The position numbers were made by a program, and so were the translations under genes. From Azolla caroliniana (lineage: Eukaryota > Plantae > Polypodiophyta): a stretch of DNA of 64,000 bases. Below are positions 36,901 to 49,971 of this stretch, one piece after another. A model generated the notes under the pieces. It searched no databases. It worked only from the letters and a program-made list of their open reading frames with translations, and was not told where the DNA came from. The DNA lies in contig JBHGNT010000003.1 in assembly GCA_043228905.1 (NCBI GenBank), positions 17,422,001-17,486,000 on the forward strand, read 5' to 3'. Each line of letters starts with the position of its first letter. Within the stretch, counting starts at the first letter, position 1.

Positions 36901-39715
36901 GTAGGTACCACAAAGCGGACTCGTCGAACACAATGTGGCGGCTTACGCGTACTTCCTTTGTTCGAGGGTTATGACACTTATACCCTTTCTACTCATCTAA
37001 ATAGCCGACTAAGATACATTTCACAGCTTTAGAATCCAGTTTCCTCCTTTTCTCCTTTGGCACTTGCACATACACGATGCTGCCGGAAATTCTCAAGTGT
37101 GCCAAGTTCGGCTTTTTCCCGAAATACAGCTCATGTGGCGACACTCCTCCATTAGCAGAAGTCTGATTCTATAGGTAGACAACCGTCTTCATGGCTTCGA
37201 CACAATAGAATTTCGGCATATGCTTCTCTTCAAGCATTGCTTTGGCCGCTTCTTCAATCGTCTGATTCTTCCGCTTGGCTACGCTGTTCTGCTCCGGCAT
37301 ATATCTACATGAGAATTCACGTCGAATTCCCTCCTTCTGTAGATAACTTGTGAACTGGTCGGAAAAGTACTCCTTCCCTCCATCAGACCGTAGGCATTTG
37401 AACTTACGCCCCGTTTCCCTTTCCGCAAGGCTCTTCACCTTTAGGAAACATGCGAAGACTTCGCTCTTCTTCTCAATCATGCATACCCACGTGTGCAGAG
37501 TGAAGTCATCGATGAAGGTTACAAAGTAACGGCTTCCACTGAGACTCACGTTCTGTGCCGGACCCCACACATCTGAATGGATCAAATCCAACGAACTTCA
37601 ACTATAATTATACTCATTGGGGAATGGAAGTCAGTGTTGTTTTCCCATCTGACAAGCTTTGCAGACTTGGCCATTCCGGCCATGAAATTTCGGCAAGCCG
37701 AAAAAAATGTTCTTCGTCTGCATTTCACAAAGCCGTGGAAAATTTACGTGTCCGAACCACTTGTGCCACAGGTCGATATCCGATTCGACCTTTTGTCCTT
37801 TTGCGTACAACGCGGTTCCGGCTTGATTAGTGTCGAGGATAAACATCCTCCCTTCACGACACCCTTGCGCAATTACTTTGCCTTCCTCTTCTATGAAGCA
37901 GCCGAGATGCGTGAATCGAACCTGCATTCCCTGGTCGACGATCTGACCGACCAACACTAGGTTCTTCGTTATTGTCGGGACATGCAACACGTTCATGAGT
38001 TTCCCTTTCTGCCCAACGTGGTTGAGAGGAACTTCGCCGACATGTTCGATGGTATGCGGATAGTCCTCTCCCGTTTCGACCACTCCTTGTGATTCCGGTT
38101 TCTCCAAGTACGAGAACCATTACTCGTGACTCGCCATATTATTCGACACTCCGGAATCAACATACCACACCTCACTTGATTTCAAGGTGTTCACGGCCAT
38201 AGAATTAGCCTTATGCTTCATTACGAAGGCTGGGCTCGATTTGTTTCTGGCTCGTTCAGAGCCTCCTGTGTTGTGCGACCTCTGAAGCCTCTCTACGTCT
38301 CTTCAGATCGATTAGGCTTTGTCCGAATCGGCTCGCTTTTTCCAGCATTCGCTCTCCTTGTGGCCTTTCTTGCCACAATACCAACAATCTGGCGCAGTCT
38401 TCTCTTGACGTCTTTCGGCGCCGCCATGACTCCCCTTGCTTGCGGAGGGTTCGGAATTGCTTCCGGCATCTCGATTATGCCGTACATTTTGCTCTTTTCG
38501 GCCACCTCCATTGCATGCCGATCCGCCTCATCCACCACGACCATCCTCCGTGTAAAGCATCTTGCCATTGGCGTGCGCACTCGTCGACGCACCCGCGTGG
38601 TTTTCTTCTACGAGCAACATTGATTGAAGCTCGAAAAACGAAGGCATAATCTCCCTCGTGCAGACTGCCATCTGGAAAGGTCTAAACTTTGACGCCAAGC
38701 CACCAAGACAAACCTGCACCATTTCATCTTCCTCGACGGTCACGTTGACGGAGGCGACGGAGGCGAGAGAGTCGCAGATTTCTTTGATCTTGGTGGTGTA
38801 ATCAGCCACCGACATATCTCTTTTTCATACATTGTTGAGCTCCTGTGTGAGCTACAGCTTTCTGGCCGTTGTGCTAGCGGCGAAAATCCTTTTGAGATTC
38901 GCCCACGCGTCCTTCGGCGTCTTGGCATCCCGAATATAGCTCAAAAGTTGACCGCTCAGAAACGACGCGAAGCAATATAACACTCTACTTGCCGCTTGTT
39001 CCCAAGCCGAATAGTCCCTGTGTGTCGAGTCGGGTGCCACATCGTTTGCTCCGTCGACATAACTCCAGTAGCCATGGCCGAGCAGGTACTGGTGCATCTT
39101 GTAGGACCAAAATGTTTAGTTGCTTCTGTCAAGCTTTTCAGTCGGAAGTGAGCTTCCCATTCCTCTGTCCATAGTACTGTCTTTTTCTTCTCCGAAAGCG
39201 AAGAACTTCAACTCCGTTTCGTCACAAACTTTTCTTGTCGGCTGCAGAGGACTTCAACCCTTGTGCTCTGATACCATGTAAAAGAATACGTTGTGCGGAA
39301 GCGTGTGCGTAAACACAGAGTATATAGCTCGGAGGAACAAGACAGTTCGGTAAAACACAGAAAATGCAAAGATGGGGATGGAGATGGAGATGGAGAGACA
39401 AAGATAGAGAGAGAAGACAACAAAGAAAAAAACTTCAATTCAAAATAATGATTCTCTATATCTACATAGATGCTCAGTGAGCATCTTTTATACAAGCCTT
39501 GACAATCGGGCTGACACAAGCATTGACAGTACTTGACGCTCATAAATGAGCCGCTACACTCAATCCCAAAATTATTCCTTTCGAGGAATATCTTTCCAAC
39601 GGCCTCGCGGTTTACGCACCGCTACGGCCTATTGTGTGCACGATTTTACGCACCCAGTTTACGCACTGGGTTACGCACCCAATTACGCACCGAATGTTGA
39701 GCTTGTCTCTCAACA
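33958..39715 (-). mobile_element. Copia element J (A family), full length, degenerate
   Basis: LTRs 33958-34384 and 39277-39715; TSD AGAAG; PBS-Met 39265-39276; PPT 34385-34393. Confidence 0.96.
34515..39172 (-). pseudogene. gag-pol: Copia J polyprotein, fragmented
   Basis: HQYLLGHGYW; LIHSDVWGP; RSDGGKEY; MKDLGDLHYFL; LSSTKAEY. Confidence 0.92.
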
Positions 39716-40099
39716 AGAAGTAATTTAAAGGGATCTAGAAGAGATAACCACATAGAAATAAAGGAATATACCTTGTGAAGAATCAGATGGATTCTATGCA
39801 ACGGAAGAATTCTCTATGTGTGTGGTTGTGTGGAGAGAGAGAGAGGGAGGGAGGTCAAGATTACAAAAAAACAGAAAAGTGTATTACAAGGAAACAAGAA
39901 TGACCAATAGTTACAAAGAAAAGGAGAAGGTGCTTATGTAGTCACCTTCTCTCTAGATTCTCTCACTAGAGTCACCTCTTGGGAAAGAGGTCGAGTCTTA
40001 ACTACTTCAAGAATATGTGTTATAGAACATTAACCTCTATGACACACAAGCTACTATACAAGGAGGTGGGGTGTTCCCACGCTTGAGTATCCTAGAGTG

Positions 40100-40665
40100 T
40101 GTTTCCTCGAGATCGAAGTGATCCACACCCCCGACAACATATTGATACTCAACGACATTATGTGCTAAATATGCTATACGAGTTCAACATGACCGATTGT
40201 CGACCGGTCTGAATAGCCTTGACCGGAATCAGAAGCTACGTCCCGACTCCGGACCGGCCTGCAACGAGAAATGGCTCTGAAAAATTGTTGGAAGACTGAT
40301 CTATCTTACTTTCACCCGACCCGACATTAGGTATTCGATTGGGGTGATAACTTAGTTTATGCGGCGACCGACTGTTGCACGCCTTCAGTGCGTGCATTGC
40401 CTATTGCGATACAAACATGGTGTAACCGAACAGTCAGTAAGTTATACAAATGCCGACTGGGCTGGTGATGCGTTGGATCGTCGGTCAACATCCGACTTCA
40501 TGTTTTCTCTTGGTAGCACGACTGTTGCGTGGAGCAACAAGAAGCAGTTGACAGTGGTTCTGTTGAGCATTGAGGCGCTACCGTCGCTACCTACGAAGCC
40601 ATATGGCTTCAACATGTGCTACAGGACTTCTGGATCGAAGTATCAACTCCGATCCCGATCTACTG
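40100..40665 (+). pseudogene. Orphan Copia RT/RNase H fragment
   Basis: FLEIEVI; ADWAGDALDRRSTS; AWSNKKQ; no LTRs attached. Confidence 0.85.
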
Positions 40666-41829
40666 GAACAACATATTTAAACATGTGCAATTTCATTTAA
40701 CTTTTAGGTACTACTACAATATGTGCTTTAAAGATGGTCAAGAACTGCGTTGTTTTGGAAAAGGACCTTGAGTAAGTAAACTTCATCAAAATGAGGATTG
40801 TCCCGATCAAGACCAAGAAGTCGGGACAAAACATATAGAAACAGAGATGTTCTAGATGACTTCGAGAGAACCAATGGAACCAATTCATGATGAAGCAAGG
40901 AACCTTGTAGACTTAGAAGACGTATCAGAGTCTGAACATAATCATGATTCTGTTGAGCATATTGAAGAAGCCAACGAGGGTAATCTTGAACAAATAGCAG
41001 ATCTTGAAGAGCATGTGTTACCAGACTTATTGTTAGATTAATAAATGCATATGACTTTTGAACATTGACTAATTGTAAAGTCTCCTTTAATATATAATTC
41101 AAGTTTATGTATAAATGTCCGACTAATGGACTTACATTTTGAGTTTAATTAGGATGTGCAGATGTTGGCTTTGGTCCACATTCTTGTTTGCCAAGGTATT
41201 GGTGAATTTGAATTTATAGTTTGACAGTTGTTATTATTTGGCAAGCTATTGTCCAGCTAACAAATTTAAAGTTTGAGTTTAATTAGTACGTGTACTGATG
41301 TTTCCTTTGGTCTCCCTCCATTCTTGTTTGGGTAATCTTGAATCTACATTTATACTTTGACATGTGTTATAATTGGCAAGTTATTGTGTATGGGTTCTTT
41401 GCACATTGAAAGTGTCATGTGTCATGTGTCATTGATTGGAATAATTTTCTCAACATAATTGTATCTCATAGCTGCAACCCTCACAATTTCCTTTAAGATT
41501 CTTATATATAAATATACGGACAAAATTAGCAGAAGGCACTTATTTAGTCGGGTGTGATTTTCATATTATGTAAAATGAAGACACAAATTTAGAGAAACTC
41601 AATTTTTTAGTAGGGTATGATTTTCATATAATGTAAAATGGCTGGTAGTACATTATATTTGCATGGACTTCTAGACCTTATGTAAGAATTGGATAAATAA
41701 TATGGTAGGGAGAATATGAGACTATTGCTTTTGTGGTCGTGATATTATATAGTTCTAAAATTTGCTAAGTTTTGATCAATCATGTACGCATGCGTCATAC
41801 CTTCTTAAAAGACTCATAAGGCATTTTTT

Positions 41830-42560
41830 AACATTGTCACCCAAATGTCAAAAAGAGAATGCGACATATTACCTGTTACAAATGACCTAGTGTTATTTGC
41901 ATTTGACTCATCAACTCTGGTAAAAGTGGCCATAAAAACGCATGCTTACAATCCATTGTTACCCAAATAGGGAATTCTTATTTCAACAAAGCATAATAAT
42001 CCACTAATAATGGAGGACCATTCCATTACGTGCACTAATTGTTTATCAAAAAACACGAGAACTTTATCCAACAATGCACTTCGATATTCAGGGGAACAAA
42101 ATATCATAAAACCCTCATGGTTCTACATATTTATTCTCAAAAACATTCGGTGACACGATTGTGTTCAACTATTGTTTAATCCAATTTATGTATGGGAGTT
42201 TCCCAATATAAAATAATATAACCACACTATTGCAAAACTGGCTTAACATCAACTTGCACATTCTCATCGATGCATTCTTTTGCAACATTTTCATTTTCTT
42301 CCACAATATCAAATAAGGTATTGGCATTGCCCCATTAATTATCCCAATTACGATGATCCTTGTCAACCTCATCTATATGTATTGCCTTGGCATATGTCAA
42401 TTTCTTCTCATTAATTTCCTCAATACCCTTAAATCTCTTAGAGCTTCCAAATTCTTCCATTTCACGATTACATTCTACCATCTCATTGGGAATTGTTTTT
42501 TATTGGATCAATTGTTCCTATATTGATGTCCCCCACTATTTGTGAGGAATTCATATTTAT
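41830..42560 (-). pseudogene. Degenerate L1-type LINE ORF1 (DUF4283-like)
   Basis: Manual translation across frameshifts: ILFYIGKLPYINWIKQ..GFYDILF..FFDKQLVHVMEW..PIWV..FLWPLLPELMSQ. Confidence 0.5.
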
Positions 42561-42876
42561 ATTTGCTATTCTTAATGAGTATTGATTTTCCATGAACAAG
42601 AGAGAAAACCAGAACTTACCCAATTAAAGAGATCGAAGATGAAGAAGACAATAGGAGGCCTGCAATGTGTGTTGAGTATGTGTATGTCGACAACGCACAA
42701 TTATTAATTTCTATCGTTGATTCTAGAATAGACTACCAAATTAAACTTGATATATCTTGTTACCAAACTCTAATTGAGGGTTTCCAATGCTTGTCTTTAT
42801 GCCAAATTCCGTTGCCGATAGAGAGCGCAACAACAAAAACAAACTCTCTTCTTCTTCTTCCCATCTCCTCTTGCTT

Positions 42877-42880
<4 letters not shown>

Positions 42881-42910
<30 letters not shown>
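42881..42910. repeat. (TG)15 microsatellite
   Basis: Read directly. Confidence 0.98.
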
Positions 42911-42914
<4 letters not shown>

Positions 42915-42941
42915 ACCACCAATTTCTTTTATGATTAGGGT

Positions 42942-44401
42942 GGATCTCTAATCAGACTTAGACTCGAACTCGGACTCGGACTCGCATGACCAATGCTACT
43001 TGACTGCATGAAGGATGACAAGGTAAAGTATTTGGACTCACTGAACATACTGTCCAACCACCCTCTATCTAGTTTAATACGTCCCATTAGCTTACTTAAA
43101 GTAAATCCCCTCTAGGCATTCCTTCCTTCTCTTTATATAGGTGCTCACATGCATAGGATGTATGTGAGGGTGCATGGCATGCATGAGATGCATGATTGCT
43201 ATTTGGCACACATGCATTACATGTGATGCATGATAGCCATGTTGCTCAGTCGGGTTCCCATGTATGACAATAGACATAAGGCATAAATATTATGATGAGA
43301 ATGAGTTATTCTAATGGTGTATACTTTGTACTTAGTATACAAGGTTGTGGGTTTAACTCTCACAAATTTCATTTGATATTATATTTGAGTTTGTTTTATA
43401 TCGTGAAGCAATTGCTTCACGACAACGCCACAAGCCCTTGACTCACACCTCGAGTCATGGGCGTCTTCTCCATCTGTCGAGAAGATAGAGAAAACCCATG
43501 ACTCACATCTCGAGTCATGGGCATCTTCTCCATCTGTCGAGAAGACTTAGAAGCCCATGATTCACAACTCGAGTCATGGGAGACTTCTCCATACGTCGAG
43601 AAAACTTTCAACTCAATCTGTCAAGGTGGAGTGTTGTACTTCTGATCTTAGAACCCCTCAACACATCAGAGAGGATCTCTAATCAGACTTAGACTCGAAC
43701 TCGAACTCGGACTCGCATGACCAATGCTACTTGACTGCATGAAGGATGACAAGGTAAAGTATTTGGACTCACTGAACATACTGTCCAACCACCCTCTATC
43801 TAGTTTAATACGTCCCATTAGCTTACTTAAAGTAAATCCCCTCTAGGCATTCCTTCCTTCTCTTTATATAGGTGCTCACATGCATAGGATGTATGTGAGG
43901 GTGCATGGCATGCATGAGATGCATGATTCCTATTTGGCACACATGCGTTACATGTGATGCATGATAGCCATGTTGCTTAGTCGGGTTCCCATGTATGACA
44001 ATAGACATAAGGCATAAATATTATGATGAGAATGAGTTATTCTAATGGTGTATACTTTGTACTTAGTATACAAGGTTGGGGGTTCAACGTTCACAAATTT
44101 CATTTGATATTATATTTGAGTTTGTTTTATATCGTGAAGCAATTGCTTCACGACAACGCCACAAGCCCTTGACTCACACCTCGAGTCATGGGCGTCTTCT
44201 CCATCTGTCGAGAAGATAGAGAAAACCCACGACTCACATCTCGAGTCATGGGCATCTTCTCCATCTGTCGAGAAGACTTAGAAGCCCATGATTCACAACT
44301 CGAGTCATGGGAGCCTTCTCCATACGTCGAGAAAACTTTCACCTCAATCTGTCAAGGTGGAGTGTTGTACTTCTGATCTTAGAACCCCTCAACACATCAG
44401 A
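42942..44401. repeat. 731-bp near-identical tandem dimer of a chimeric Gypsy-LTR/Copia-3'-end fragment
   Basis: GGATCTCTAATCAG starts at 42942 and 43673. Confidence 0.95.
43435..43610. repeat. About 59-bp double-hairpin repeat x3 (again at 44166-44341)
   Basis: CCCATGACTC-N7-GAGTCATGGG plus TCTTCTC-N8-GAGAAGA per unit. Confidence 0.88.
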
Positions 44402-44942
44402 TGTGTTACACTTCTCTCCCCCCTCCCCTCCCCCCCCACATTTATTTTATTCTAATTTGTTGTTCCCAAAGACGAGATAACACTTAAGATGTAATCTCTT
44501 GTTTGGGTTTATAGGCAATTTTGGCCTCTTAAAAGTCATTTTAATATCTCTTTCTCTCTCTCATTCCCCCACCCCCATACCCCTTCTTTTTCTTTTTTTC
44601 CAATAAAATGCATTGCTAAATGTCTATAGAGATGTAGTTCGCGGCACCCATTTTCTACATTGCATTGAGACACATTTTGAAAATAAATCAGGCATCAATG
44701 ACACCCATATAAATTGTAGTTAAGTTAAGTAAATGGGAATAATACCTTCTTATGCTTGAAGTTACTTATAATAGTCCTAAACATTCATCAACTAGATATA
44801 GTCTTGTTATATTGATGCACGGTTTTCAACGACGTGCCCCAGTCGATGTAAAAATTCATCATACTAAGTTAGAGAGTATATAAAACTTCCTCACGATACA
44901 ACATGTTACATTCTGCATGAGAAAAAATAGTGCCCTGAATGA

Positions 44943-45119
44943 GAGAAGGACGAGTCTTTAGATCAAGATGGATGTCGAAGATTTGTTTCAAACCATATTG
45001 AAGATTGTGGAACAGTGTTAGAAAGATTAGAAGGTGTCAAGCTCACATTCTCCGGAGAAAAGTCAGCATTTGGCCAATGCGAGATCCTAGTAGTGGGACA
45101 TCTTTGTGGACCATACGGG
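44943..45119 (+). pseudogene. Isolated Gypsy RT fragment (B/C family)
   Basis: EKDESLDQDGCRRFV..LTFSGEKSAFGQCEILVVGHLCGPYG. Confidence 0.85.
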
Positions 45120-46230
45120 GACTCAAGATACAACATGTTTATATGTTAATCATAGTAGGTAACTGTTGAGAGACAATCTCAATATGGGTCAAATTGGCTA
45201 AAGAAACCGAGAGCCGAGAGCTTAATCGAATGGAGTTTCATTCGAGTCAGCCGAGTCGGTGGGATTCCGGTAGGCCGTTGGTGGCCTATATTCCTATTTT
45301 AGTAATTAAGAATATTATAGGCATAATTAGTGTCAAGCTCATTTATGAGCATTCAAGTACTGATGGTACTTGTGTCAGCCCACTTGTTGAGGCTTGTATA
45401 AAAAGTGCTCACTAAGCACGGTGTATGTACAAAGTGTTGATTATTTTTTAAAACAAAGTTTTGTTGTCTGCTTTCTCTTTGTCTCTCTCTCACTGTGTAT
45501 CCATTCTCTATGTTTACCTAATTGTCGAGTTCCGAACAATCGACAGTGTACTTGATATCTATCGCACACGCTTCCACACACGAATACTTTTTCATGGTAT
45601 CAGAGTGTGAGGGTTGAAAATCCTCTACAGCCGATAGAAAAGGAAGCTCACAAGACAGAGACAAGGGTTCTCGTTTTAGGAAAAGAAAAGACAGGAACAT
45701 GGACAGAGGAATGGGAAGCTCGCTTCCTACCGAAAAGCTTGATAGGAGCAACTACGCCTCTTTGTTACCCGGACCCGGACAGTCAGTTTTACCGAACAAG
45801 TGGGAAAGCGTCGAAAACAGAGTCGGTTCGGATCGACTGTTCGGATCAATGACTCAGCAGTAAACGAAGAGAACTAAGTTAGTTAGATAATTTTGTAAAT
45901 CTTGATAGTAAGTAGGAATAGTTCTTGATGAGAAAAGACCTTCGGTATACCTATAAAAGGGAACCGAAGGCATTGTAAGAAAGGTCGTTTTATTTAGTAA
46001 TATAAGTTTAAGTTAGGAATATCTTGTACGGATTCTGTGTTCCTTCTATTGTCTATGATCTTAAGTGCAAGCTTCCTAATTTATAACTAAGTAACGATCA
46101 CGGTAATTACCGATTAATATAGCATAATTCCGTTCGTAAAACACAATTCCTTGTTAGAACGTTTAGTAGCGACGTTCACTCTTCTGTATCGGTAGTAGTT
46201 AGTAATTAGCCGATTAACACAGAAGAATTT

Positions 46231-46242
46231 TGGCACGCCCGG
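46231..46242 (+). other. PBS tRNA-Arg type (TGGCACGCCCGG), 11 nt from the LTR
   Basis: Read directly after spacer CAGAAGAATTT. Confidence 0.8.
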
Positions 46243-46278
46243 TTACATCTGCAATTAAGCAGAGAACAATTCGAATGG

Positions 46279-49200
46279 ATGTCGTATGAAGAGGAGGCAC
46301 CGGTCAGTTGTAAGCGCCCTCGTACAAGGTCAGTTACGAAGGTAGTGCAGCAAGCGTTCATTGCGCAAGAACAGTCGGAATCAAGCACAAAGTGGTCGAA
46401 ACTTCCTGACTTATCCGATCAATTACCTTCAGACGAAAAACATACGGAAGAGGTATCGTTTTACGACATTTGGGACGATATGCCTTATACTTATTCTAAG
46501 TTCCGGGAAGGAACAGATGCGGAAGCACATGTTAGGGATTTCTTAATGACATGGGAGATTAACCATGGAGCTCAGCGATTGTCGGCAGATGCCGAAGATA
46601 AGTCAAAAATCGCTGAGTTCGTCTTATCATTAGACGGATATTCCGCTAATTGGTTTGCGCAGAACGGTCTTCAAGGATTTCCATCCTTTGAAGTGTTAAC
46701 TAGTAAATTTTTACAATTATTTCATCAACAAATTCCGCAGAAGGATTTGATTGCGCAATTTTATGCGTTATATCAAGAAAAAAATGAAACAGTATCTCAG
46801 TTTGTGATACGATTTCAGAACTTACAGCTTCAGATTTCAAGGCCGATTCCGGATAAGGAATTAAAAGAAGTCTTTCTAGAAGCTGTAAAAGAACCATTAA
46901 GGACGACATTGAAAGTGTTCGATTTTCGAAATCAGACTATCGAACAAGTCATTGATAAAGCAATAGAAATGGGTCGACCACCGGTCAATGTTCAGAGTAT
47001 GGACATGTCGGCATTACACCGTACATTACCAACAATGGAGGAGTTACAATTTCGACAAGCAGTTCAATGCACCACTTGTTTAAATACGGGGCATTCGGCA
47101 ATTGACTGTACGTTAAGAACACATTGTACAATATGTCATTCAAAATTACATTCCGTAGAACAATGTGAATATAATCTGCTTAATAAGACTACGGCGTCAG
47201 TACGACAAATTTTTGCTGACAATGGTTACCAAAATAACACTAATCTGTTCAATGGTTATCAAAATAATAATTTTTCACAAAATCAGCAAAATGTACAACA
47301 GAATCCGGTTCTACAGCCAAATCAGATCTTTTCACAACAAAATATGCAACCCACTCAAGTGACTCAAGCATTTCAACCAGGTTTTGCTCAATCCAACCCA
47401 CGATTCGTACAGAATCCGAATCAATATTTTCAACAAAATAATCAAAGTTTCCAACAAGGTAACCCACCATTTCAAGGGTTTCAACAGAACTGTCCGAATG
47501 TGCAACCGAATTCTACATTTCAACCAAATCCGGCATTTCAACCGGGTAATATGACTTTTCAACATAATACTCAAACCGTTCCACAAAATAATCAAATGTT
47601 TCAACAGAGTAATTTTCCGCCAAATCAGGAGTTCGGGATACCACACAATATAGCACAACCAAATGATAATACTGAACAATTTAGGCAGAATCGGTATAAA
47701 AACAAGAGATTTTACAAACCAAAAGCTACACGTCAATACCAACAAAACCCGAATGGTAATGAAGAGCAGCAATTTAATAACGGGCAATTTGCACATGGAG
47801 AGACCAGTGCAACATTTGTGCCCACTTGTTACATTTGTCGACAACTAGGCCATTATGCTAATCAATGTCCGGTTAAAGGAAAGGGTCCAGCAGTTAATAT
47901 GGTAATACCGGAAGTTCAGCAAGTAACGACACGCAGCAAAAGCAAACAATCAGAGTGGGAAATTCAGGAAGAAGTTCGGAAGGCGGCAAAAGAATGGGTG
48001 GATGAAGCAAATCAAAGTAATGTGAATCGAATGTTACAAGACAATAACATTGACCAGGACATTGCTGTACAACAGTCATTGGGGAATAAGGAACAGGAAG
48101 AAACTTGGAAACTGTTGGCTGATTGCCAAGTGTCATTGCCACTTACGGGCTTACTTAAGTTAGTACCAAGGTTTACTGAAAAAGTGGCAGCATTAATTGC
48201 ATATAAAGGTTCCGAACAAATAGCAGTACACTACAATCAGCCAAGTAATAACCCTTCGATCATGGATGAACAGAATCCGTCGATTAAGGTAATACTTTAC
48301 GGGCAAGAAATCGGAAATGTGATTATAGATGGAGGCTCGGGTGTTAATGTGATTAACAAAACTACATGTGAAAAACTGGGAATCACGGAATGGGAAGCAT
48401 GTCCGTTTTGGTTACGAATGGCAGATACAAGTACGGTACGACCGATTGGTTTGCTTCGACAACTGGATGTAATAATCGGGGGACACAGTTTTCAGATTTC
48501 GGTAGTAATTTTGCAGTTAGAAACACAGGGAGCATACCCCTTGTTATTGGGGAGACCATGGTTAAAGACAGCTAATATTAAACAAAATTGGAAACAAAAT
48601 GTGCTAACATTTAGGAAAGGAAAAAATAAGGTCAGGATTCCGATGCACAACAAAGTGACAACAAGCAAACAGAGTTTACCTGTACATGCAGAAGCAGTTA
48701 ATATGATGGAAGGATTGGACGAGGAAGAAGAAAGTCAGTATTTTGATGATAATCAAAAAATCATCCCTCTATTTGAGGTAGATATTTTGCAAGCATTAAC
48801 ACCATATGTAGACTCACACGAAGAAGTGCCAATCGATGAGCAAACAATGAAAGAAATACGAATGCAACAAGAAGCTACAGATAAGGAAATGAAGGTATCT
48901 CAGAGAGTGCAAGCCTCAGCATTGGAGGAGATCGATTTGGCAGGAGTAGAGGATGTTGAAAGAAAAACAGTCTTGATTGCTAGAGATTTGACGGTAAATG
49001 ACAAACGGACATTAACAACATTACTATTACAATATAAAGATGTTTTTGCATGGTCGTTTGACGATATGAAAGGTCTGGATCCCGCTTTTTGTCAACATCA
49101 AATCAATTTGCATAAAGATGCAAAGCCAGTACAACAACGCAGGTACAGGTTGAATCCGAATTATGCTATCAAAGTAAAAGAAGAAATCGATAAACTCTTA

Positions 49201-49971
49201 AAAGTAGGATTTATTCGACCCGTCAAAAAATCAACATGGCTGAGTCCGATAGTAGTAGTCCCGAAAAAGAATGGGAAAATTCGCGTATGTGTGGATTACA
49301 GAAAATTGAATGCAGCGACAATTACGGATGCGTTTCCGTTGCCATTCACAGATGGGATATTAGATGCAGTAGCGGGACATGAAATTTATAGTTTCTTGGA
49401 TGGGTTCAGTGGGTACAACCAAGTACGGATGAATCCGGAAGATCAGGAAAAGACAGCTTTCGTCACAGAATGGGGTGTCTTTGTGGCAGTAGTCATGATG
49501 TTCGGTTTAAAAACAGCTCCAGCTACATTTCAGCGGGTAATACAGGAAATATTCGGGGAATATATTTCAGCTTTCATGCAGGTGTTTTTAGATGATTTTG
49601 CGGTATATAGTCGGAAAGCTGATCATTTTGAGCATTTACGGCTATGTTTAGAAAAATGTCAAAAAGGGCGTCTTAGTTTAAATCCAGCCAAATGCGCATT
49701 CGGAGTAATGAGTGGTACATTACTTGGACATATTGTCAGTCAAGAAGGGATTGCAGTGGACCCAGACAAAGTTAAAGCAATTATTGAGGCAACACCACCA
49801 ACAAATGCTAAAGCTCTAAGTAGATTTTTGGGTCAAATTCGGTGGCACAGTAGAATGATGAGATATCTAGCAGACATTGCTATTCCGTTACACACAGCAG
49901 TACACAAAGTTCCTTTTATATGGACAAGTATAGAACAAGATGCATACGAATGTCTCAAGAAGATGCTGACG
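46279..49971 (+). CDS. gag-pol: F Gag-PR-RT, open until the Copia G insertion
   Basis: Three CCHC knuckles, Q/N-rich tract, IIDGGSGVN, FLDGFSGYNQ, FLDD. Confidence 0.95.

Noticed and set aside
33941-40044. Solo LTR hosting Copia J (TGTTAT...ATGACA)
   Set aside because: LTR-like, but flanks CTTAA and CACAA do not form a convincing TSD
40700-41640. Host exon or transposase C-terminus with diverged repeats
   Set aside because: Short acidic ORF with no recognisable motif; cannot be assigned
43435-43610. CRISPR-like palindromic repeats
   Set aside because: Units are contiguous with no unique spacers, there are no cas genes, and the context is eukaryotic TE DNA
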